A stretch of 64,000 nucleotides of DNA from an uncultured Planctomycetia bacterium (GTDB lineage: Bacteria; Omnitrophota; Gorgyraeia; Tantalellales; Tantalellaceae), in the NCBI GenBank assembly GCA_964527765.1, contig CAZGQR010000002.1, positions 50,986-114,985 of the forward strand, in the 5' to 3' direction. Both the position numbers and the translations under genes were made by a program. The first letter of the stretch is position 1; each line of letters starts with the position of its first letter. The notes under the pieces were generated by a model. It saw nothing but the letters and a program-made list of their open reading frames with translations. It made no database searches and was not told where the DNA came from. Below, piece by piece: positions 56,754-64,000 of the stretch.

Positions 56754-57047
56754 ATGACGATGAAAAAGAAGGAAATATTTTTCGGTATCCTGGCAGCGCT
56801 TTTTTTGGCCGTAATGCTTTCTCCGTTCGCTTCTCCCTGGCCGGACGGTCTGGAAAAAGTTGCCGAGGATAAAGGGTTCCTGGAAAAGGGCGAGGGCGAG
56901 CCCCTTCTTATTTCGCCCGTTCCCGATTATGTCTGGCCGAAACTGGAAAACGAAAAGGTCGCTACAGCGGTCGCCGGCGCGGCCGGAACGCTGATCACGT
57001 TCGGAGGAGGCATTGCCCTGGCGGCCCTTATCAAACGGCGGGGCTGA
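56754..57047 (+). CDS. PDGLE-domain small membrane protein (CbiN/NikL-like auxiliary component)
   Basis: MTMKKKEIFFGILAALFLAVMLSPFASPWPDGLEKV contains the PDGLE motif; a TM helix lies at each end. Confidence 0.7.
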   Translation: MTMKKKEIFFGILAALFLAVMLSPFASPWPDGLEKVAEDKGFLEKGEGEPLLISPVPDYVWPKLENEKVATAVAGAAGTLITFGGGIALAALIKRRG

Positions 57048-57822
57048 TACATTGCGGCATCATTTTATAGACGAATACAGTGACGGGGGAAGTTTCATTC
57101 ACCGGCTGGACCCGAGAGCGAAACTCGCGGGCCTTCTCATGTTCATATTATTCGTGATAAGCACGCCCCCGGACTCTTTTATCTGTTTCGCGCTTTACGG
57201 CGCGCTTATCTGCGGCTTGATCTTGCTATCCGGCATACCTCCGGCGTTTATGATCAAAAGATCCCTGTGCATATTCCCGTTCGTGTTTCTGGTCGCCATG
57301 TTCATTCCTTTTTTCAGGGAAGGGGAGATCGTCTGGACGGGATCTTTCGGCCCGATGCATCTTGCGGTTACGCGCGACGGCCTGATGGTCTTTTGGAACG
57401 TTCTTTCCAAGGGATACCTGAGCGTTCTGTGCCTGATCCTCCTTATGAGCAGCACCGGGTTCGTTGACCTTTTAAAGGGGATGGAAAGATTAAAGCTGCC
57501 GGGACTTTTTATCATGATACTTTCGTTCATGTATCGCTATATTTTTCTGGTGGAAGATGAATTGATGATCATGAAACGGGCAAAAGATTCCCGGTCGACA
57601 GGAGGGTCGAGGTGGTTTCACATAAGGGCCCTGGCCAATATAATAGGGGTACTGTTCATAAAAAGCTATGAAAGAGCGGAAAACGTTTATCTTGCCATGT
57701 GCTCGAGAGGATTTAACGGCTGTGTGAATACTTTGAACGTTTTCCGGTTAAGGGCCGGCGATTGGGGTTTTCTGGTTACCCTGGCCGGCGTGTTGGCGGG
57801 GATCCGCTTTGCATGGGGATAA
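57013..57822 (+). CDS. cbiQ: ECF transporter transmembrane (T) component CbiQ
   Basis: HRLDPRAKL... and overall CbiQ topology. The start is uncertain: the track ORF overlaps the upstream gene, and a later start near 57052 is possible. Confidence 0.75.
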   Translation: MPWRPLSNGGADTLRHHFIDEYSDGGSFIHRLDPRAKLAGLLMFILFVISTPPDSFICFALYGALICGLILLSGIPPAFMIKRSLCIFPFVFLVAMFIPFFREGEIVWTGSFGPMHLAVTRDGLMVFWNVLSKGYLSVLCLILLMSSTGFVDLLKGMERLKLPGLFIMILSFMYRYIFLVEDELMIMKRAKDSRSTGGSRWFHIRALANIIGVLFIKSYERAENVYLAMCSRGFNGCVNTLNVFRLRAGDWGFLVTLAGVLAGIRFAWG

Positions 57823-58579
57823 GATGCGCAAAAAAGTCATCAAGATCAGGGAATTAAGTTATAAGTATCCCGACGGGACAAGGGCGCTGGATAATGTTGA
57901 CATGGATGTCTTCGAAGGCGATTCTGTCGGGATCATTGGCCCCAACGGGGCGGGGAAATCCACGCTCCTGTTCCATCTCAACGGTATTTTGGAGGGACAA
58001 GGGCGGATCAGCATAATGGGCATGGAAATAGAGAAACAGAACCTGGCTTATATCAGGAGCAAGGTGGGGCTGGTTTTTCAGAATCCGGATGACCAATTGT
58101 TCATGCCCACGGTTTTTGATGACGTGGCGTTCGGTCCGATCAACATGAAATTGACAGAGGATCAGGTCAGGGAGACGGCCAGTAAGGCCCTGTCGGATGT
58201 GGACATGTCAGATGCCGCCGGACGCTCCTCACATCATCTGAGTTTCGGAGAAAAGAAAAGGGTCTCATTGGCGACAGTTCTGTCCATGCATCCGGAAATA
58301 TTGGCTTTGGACGAGCCCACCAGCAATCTGGACCCAAGACACAGGCGGGAATTGATAAGCCTTCTTAGGCAGCTGCCTCTCACAAAGGTGATCACGACCC
58401 ACGACCTGGAACTGGTCGTGGACACATGTTCGAGGGTCGCGTTGATGGACGGCGGAAGAGTGGTCGCCTCGGGCGCAACCAGGGACATGCTTGCAAATAA
58501 GCACCTGCTTGAATCTCATCATCTTGAAGTTCCGGCTTCACTTCTGCGCGAACGATCGTACCTTAACTCCCGAATATAA
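57809..58579 (+). CDS. cbiO: ECF transporter ATPase CbiO
   Basis: Walker A GPNGAGKST, signature LSFGEKKRVSLA, Walker B ILALDEPT. Confidence 0.85.
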   Translation: MHGDKMRKKVIKIRELSYKYPDGTRALDNVDMDVFEGDSVGIIGPNGAGKSTLLFHLNGILEGQGRISIMGMEIEKQNLAYIRSKVGLVFQNPDDQLFMPTVFDDVAFGPINMKLTEDQVRETASKALSDVDMSDAAGRSSHHLSFGEKKRVSLATVLSMHPEILALDEPTSNLDPRHRRELISLLRQLPLTKVITTHDLELVVDTCSRVALMDGGRVVASGATRDMLANKHLLESHHLEVPASLLRERSYLNSRI

Positions 58580-58692
58580 AAACATTTTATTTTATTGCTT
58601 TAAAGCGAATCATTGATAAAATAGTAGATATCAAGTGAGACTCCTCGCTTTTTTGCGAAAGCGGGCAAAAGGCGCATTGAATAAGGAGAAAT

Positions 58693-60798
58693 ATGATGGA
58701 TGAAAGAGCCGAAGAAAAAGACATCAGGACGGCAGCGGATATTTATGGCGAAAATGTCTTCAGCCTCAGGACCATGCGCAATTATCTTTCGGATAAGGCG
58801 TTCAATTCCCTGAGGTCGACCATAAAGGAAGGCCGCTCTCTGGACCCGGAGATCGCCAGCGAGGTGGCCGATGCCATGAAGACCTGGGCCGTTTCCAAGG
58901 GGGCGACTCACTTCACCCACTGGTTCCAGCCTCTGACCGGCGCCACTGCCGAGAAACACGATTCGTTCATCATGCCGGATCAGGAGGGGGGAGCTATTCT
59001 CAAATTTTCGGGAAAAGAACTTATAAAAGGCGAGCCGGACGCGTCGAGCTTTCCTTCAGGGGGTTTGAGGGCGACATTTGAAGCGCGCGGATATACGGCA
59101 TGGGATCCGACCAGCCCCGCTTTCATCAAAGAAGGCAAGAACAGCGCTACCCTATGTATCCCGACGGCGTTTTATTCATATCACGGAGAGGCGCTTGATA
59201 AGAAGACCCCGCTACTCAGGTCCAGGGACGTGCTTTCCAAACAGGTCTGCCGGCTCGGGAAGCTCTTCGGTATCGATGTGGAGAACAAGCGCGCGTACGC
59301 GGAACTCGGCCCCGAACAGGAATATTTTCTTGTCGACAGGAAACTTTACGGCAAAAGGCTTGATCTTATCCAGACGGGCAGGACGCTTTTCGGGAGAAAA
59401 CCGGCGAAGCACCAGCAAATGGGAGATCACTATTTCGGCGCTATCAAGGGCCGCGTGCTGACATTCATGGAAGATGTTGACCGCGAGCTGTGGAGACTCG
59501 GGATACCCGCGAAGATCCGCCATAATGAGGTCTGCCCGGGGCAGTACGAAATAGCTCCCATTTTCGAGGAGCTGAATCTCTCCGTGGACCATAACATGAT
59601 GATAATGGAAACGTTGCGGCAGGTCGCGGAACGCCACGGATTCGTGTGTCTCCTGCATGAAAAACCTTATGCCGGCGTGAACGGTTCCGGCAAACACATC
59701 AATTGGTCCATCTGCGGTCCTGACGGAAAGAACTGGCTGAGCCCCGGCGATGATCCCCACGAGAACGCCAAGTTCCTTACGATCATCTGCGTCCTGATGA
59801 AGGCCATTGATAAATATGCGGGACTGCTCAGGGCTTCCGTTGCTTCCGCCGGAAATGACCACCGGCTCGGCGCGAACGAAGCACCCCCTGCGATCCTTTC
59901 CGTCTTTTTAGGCGGGCCGCTGCGCGACGTGATAGACCAGATCGAACGGGGCGGCGCAAAGAGCTCTCCCAAAAGCGGAGTTATAGAGATAGGCATGACG
60001 TCCCTTGCGCCGATGCCTCGCGATATAACCGACCGGAACAGGACATCTCCCTTTGCCTTTACGGGGAACAAGTTCGAGTTTCGTGCGGTCGGATCGAATC
60101 AGAGTTGTGCGGGGGCAAGCGTCGTTCTGAACACCATTGTTGCCGATGTGCTGGACGAGGTCTGCGCGAAACTGGAGTCTGACGCGGAAAGCGGGAAAGA
60201 TTTCAACGAATCTCTCCAGGCGGTTCTTCAGGACATCGTAAAAAAACACAAGCGTATTCTGTTTGACGGCGACAATTACAGCGAAAAGTGGCAAAAGGAG
60301 GCCAAAAGACGCGGGCTTCCCAATCTCAAGACCACCCCTGAGGCGCTTGAAATGCTGCAGGACAAAAAGACCGTTGAACTGTTCGAAAAGCACGGAGTGC
60401 TTTCAAAAGGAGAGCTCAGGTCCCGTTATGAGATATATAAGGGACAGTACGAGAAGATCATCGATATAGAGGCCAGGTGCGCCTTGACCATGGCCAAGAC
60501 CATGATCGTCCCCGTGGCGATCGAATATCAGAATGATCTCGCGGAGACAATAGAGGATGTACAGAGCTGCGGCTGTAAACCGAGAGAGACCAGAAAAATG
60601 CTTAAAGAAGTATGCGGCCTGACCGAAAAGTCCCTGGCCGGCATCAGGAAACTCGAGAATGCCATCGAAAGCGGCTCCACGCCGGAGATGATAACCGGCA
60701 TGAACGAGCTGCGGGATACAGTGGATGCCCTTGAAGGCCTGATGCCCGAGAGTATATGGCCGCTGCCTTCCTACGCCAAGATGATGACGCAGGCTTAA
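58693..60798 (+). CDS. glnN: Glutamine synthetase type III (GlnN)
   Basis: 701 aa; N-terminal region ...VADAMKTWAVSKGATHFTHWFQPLTG is conserved in GSIII. Confidence 0.85.
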   Translation: MMDERAEEKDIRTAADIYGENVFSLRTMRNYLSDKAFNSLRSTIKEGRSLDPEIASEVADAMKTWAVSKGATHFTHWFQPLTGATAEKHDSFIMPDQEGGAILKFSGKELIKGEPDASSFPSGGLRATFEARGYTAWDPTSPAFIKEGKNSATLCIPTAFYSYHGEALDKKTPLLRSRDVLSKQVCRLGKLFGIDVENKRAYAELGPEQEYFLVDRKLYGKRLDLIQTGRTLFGRKPAKHQQMGDHYFGAIKGRVLTFMEDVDRELWRLGIPAKIRHNEVCPGQYEIAPIFEELNLSVDHNMMIMETLRQVAERHGFVCLLHEKPYAGVNGSGKHINWSICGPDGKNWLSPGDDPHENAKFLTIICVLMKAIDKYAGLLRASVASAGNDHRLGANEAPPAILSVFLGGPLRDVIDQIERGGAKSSPKSGVIEIGMTSLAPMPRDITDRNRTSPFAFTGNKFEFRAVGSNQSCAGASVVLNTIVADVLDEVCAKLESDAESGKDFNESLQAVLQDIVKKHKRILFDGDNYSEKWQKEAKRRGLPNLKTTPEALEMLQDKKTVELFEKHGVLSKGELRSRYEIYKGQYEKIIDIEARCALTMAKTMIVPVAIEYQNDLAETIEDVQSCGCKPRETRKMLKEVCGLTEKSLAGIRKLENAIESGSTPEMITGMNELRDTVDALEGLMPESIWPLPSYAKMMTQA

Positions 60799-60807
60799 AC
60801 TAATACC

Positions 60808-61524
60808 GTGAAAAAATCATCCGAAAAAGAATATCTTGCTACGCTGACCAAGATCAGCAGGGCCATAACGTCCGACCTTTACCTTGAAGACATACTGAAG
60901 CTTATTGTCAACCTTACGGCCAGTGTCATGAAAGCCAAGATATGTTCTTTGTGGCTCCTTGATGAAGAGACCCGGGAACTTAAGATAAGAGCTACCCAGG
61001 CGATGAGCCAGGGATATTTGAAGGACAGGACATTGAAGGTAGGAGAAGGCATTGTCGGTCTTGTGTTCAGGGAAAAGAAACCGATGGTGATCTCCGATGT
61101 TTCCAAGGACAAGAGATACAAGGAAAAGAAGCTTGCGGGAAAAGAAGGCCTTGTTTCGATGCTCAGCGTTCCCATGCTGGTCAAGGACAGGAGTATCGGA
61201 GTTATAAACGTATATACCGTAAAGCCGTACAAGTACACAAAGAGCGACATAAACTTATTAAGCGCGGCTGCCAATCAGGCGGCGGCAGCTATCGAGAATA
61301 CCGAACTCATGGTCAAGACCAAGGTCATACAGGAGGAGCTCGAGGCCAGGAAAAAGATCGAAAAAGCTAAGGGTATCCTGATGAGAGAGCAGGACCTGTC
61401 GGAGGATGAGGCCTACGCGCTTATAAGAAAATCCAGCATGAACAAGCGTATTTCCATGAAAGACGTCGCCGAAGCGATAATACTCTCTTTTGATATCAGA
61501 AGGCCCGAGAAAAAACGGTCATAA
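60808..61524 (+). CDS. GAF-ANTAR RNA-binding antitermination regulator
   Basis: N-terminal GAF domain; C-terminal ANTAR EARKKIEKAKGILMREQDLSEDEAYALIRKSSMNKRISMKDVAEAII. Confidence 0.8.
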   Translation: MKKSSEKEYLATLTKISRAITSDLYLEDILKLIVNLTASVMKAKICSLWLLDEETRELKIRATQAMSQGYLKDRTLKVGEGIVGLVFREKKPMVISDVSKDKRYKEKKLAGKEGLVSMLSVPMLVKDRSIGVINVYTVKPYKYTKSDINLLSAAANQAAAAIENTELMVKTKVIQEELEARKKIEKAKGILMREQDLSEDEAYALIRKSSMNKRISMKDVAEAIILSFDIRRPEKKRS

Positions 61525-61532
61525 GGAGGGAT

Positions 61533-61928
61533 ATGAGAAAAGTACTGGTGTTGGTCATTTTCCTGGCTCTGCCGCTTACGGGTTGTGCCATATTTGAGGT
61601 TCAGGGCCTGAAGGATAAAGTGGATGTCCTGGAAGAAAAGGTGGCTTCTATTGAAGATCAGATGGGGGAAAAAGGCGAAGGGATCACCTATACTTCAACG
61701 GCCGAGGCCGAAAAACCGGGCAGACGGGAACCCGTCGTTTCAATGTCCAATAAAGAAGTGCAGATCGCTCTCAGCAATGCCGGGTATTACGGCGGGCCGA
61801 TCGACGGCAAACTGGGGCCGAAGTCCAAAAAAGCCATCAAGGGATTTCAGGCTGATAACGGGCTCAAGGTTGATGGCATTGCCGGCTCCAAAACCAAGAG
61901 AGCGCTCATACGTTATTTGACAAAATAA
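61533..61928 (+). CDS. Lipoprotein with peptidoglycan-binding (PG_binding_1) domain
   Basis: Signal peptide plus lipobox LTGC; SNAGYYGGPIDGKLGPKSKKAIKGFQADNGLKVDGIAGSKTKRAL. Confidence 0.75.
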   Translation: MRKVLVLVIFLALPLTGCAIFEVQGLKDKVDVLEEKVASIEDQMGEKGEGITYTSTAEAEKPGRREPVVSMSNKEVQIALSNAGYYGGPIDGKLGPKSKKAIKGFQADNGLKVDGIAGSKTKRALIRYLTK

Positions 61929-62006
61929 GTTTTTTCTCTTGACTAATCGCGTAAAATCGTAGATAATTATCAAGCTGGTACGATATTGGTATCAAAAAGG
62001 AACAAA

Positions 62007-63434
<1,428 letters not shown>

Positions 63435-63452
63435 TCCGGCGCAGGGTATGTA

Positions 63453-63486
63453 AAAACGCCCGAGGTTTTCCTCGGGCGTTTTTTTC
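63453..63486 (+). terminator. Rho-independent terminator after gdhA
   Basis: AAAAACGCCCGAGG-TTTTC-CTCGGGCGTTTTTTT. Confidence 0.8.
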
Positions 63487-63556
63487 TACACATTATACAG
63501 GATATATTATATAGTATTATAATTATAGTCGGACATAAGACATAAGAGGACAATTT

Positions 63557-64000
63557 ATGGATAGCGTTTCTTTGGGGCTTGCGTTTTTAGCCGGTATTCT
63601 TTCTTTTCTGTCCCCCTGCGTGTTGCCGCTCGTGCCGGGCTATATTTCGTTTTTGTCGGGCGTATCCCTGGAGGAACTGCGGGAAGGCACGCGGCGCAGG
63701 GAAGTTGCCCTGAAAGCAGGCCTGACCTCCGTGTTCTTTGTTATGGGATTTTCGATCGTCTTCGTGGCACTGGGTGCCTCCGCTTCCTTTATCGGTAAAT
63801 TGCTGGCGGATCATATCGTAGTATTGACCAGGATAGCCGGAATAGTGATCGTGATCCTGGGACTGCATCTGGTAGGGATCCTTAAGGTCGGGTGGCTTAA
63901 TTATGAAAAACGTCTGAATATAGGGCGGTTCCATCCCGGTTTTTTCGGCGCCTTGCTGATCGGTTTGGCTTTCGCTTTCGGCTGGACCCCCTGCATCGGA
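63557..64000 (+). CDS. ccdA: Cytochrome c biogenesis/thiol-disulfide transporter CcdA/DsbD-family protein (3' end beyond window)
   Basis: MDSVSLGLAFLAGILSFLSPCVLPLVPGYISF... and a second Cys in ...FGWTPCIG; the ORF is open to the end of the window, so it is not in the track. Confidence 0.75.
   Translation, partial: MDSVSLGLAFLAGILSFLSPCVLPLVPGYISFLSGVSLEELREGTRRREVALKAGLTSVFFVMGFSIVFVALGASASFIGKLLADHIVVLTRIAGIVIVILGLHLVGILKVGWLNYEKRLNIGRFHPGFFGALLIGLAFAFGWTPCIG

Overview
Most of this 64 kb window is densely coding on the + strand, about 50% GC, with no transposases, integrases or CRISPR arrays that I can see. The gene content points to an anaerobic bacterium. In order, the window contains the following.

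(1) A truncated membrane pyrophosphatase (hppA), a CheY-like receiver, and a histidine kinase with periplasmic solute-binding domains.

(2) A glycan-biosynthesis island of about 11 kb. It contains a TarI/IspD-type cytidylyltransferase, a GT39 (ArnT/PMT-like) glycosyltransferase, a Wzx-type flippase, a sulfotransferase, a methyltransferase, KpsF, a KpsC/KpsS-like capsule protein, two GT2 enzymes, a GT4 enzyme and a GtrB/DPM-synthase-like GT2.

(3) Assorted genes: small secreted and membrane proteins, a receiver, a PNP-family enzyme, a DJ-1 protein, and dinB.

(4) A tRNA gene, most consistent with tRNA-Asn(GUU), interrupted by a 336-nt group I intron carrying recognisable R and S core elements.

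(5) TrkH, an ornithine-cyclodeaminase-family protein, a B12-dependent class II ribonucleotide reductase, a PEBP protein and an Mth938-like protein.

(6) A fur-family regulator with a sigma70 promoter and a Fur-box-like palindrome. It heads a cluster of small DUF5320-like Gly/Arg-rich proteins, two NifX/NifB-like domain proteins and two MinD/Mrp-type ATPases with inserted ferredoxin domains.

(7) A methyltransferase, a small Cys-rich ORF overlapping a radical SAM enzyme, OsmC, a J-domain protein, a second methyltransferase, and an APC permease fused to a PTS-EIIA(Ntr)-like domain.

(8) A rex gene with a Rex box, followed by a roughly 13 kb operon for a group 4 membrane-bound [NiFe] hydrogenase. 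The large subunit carries RxCGxCxxxH and DPCxxCxxR. The operon also includes an AsrAB/HydBG-like NAD(P)H module, a HycB-like ferredoxin, a full Mrp-antiporter-like module and a PhoU-like insert. It is followed by hycI, a zinc-finger-less hypA-like gene, a hypF reduced to its C-terminal domain, and hypCDE.

(9) nikR with a perfect 27-bp palindrome over its promoter, an outer-membrane beta-barrel, and the Ni/Co ECF transporter genes nikM/cbiM, a PDGLE gene, cbiQ and cbiO.

(10) A type III glutamine synthetase, a GAF-ANTAR regulator, a PG-binding lipoprotein, gdhA and a truncated ccdA.

Functional names are my own reading of motifs and domain order in the translations. None was confirmed by a database search.
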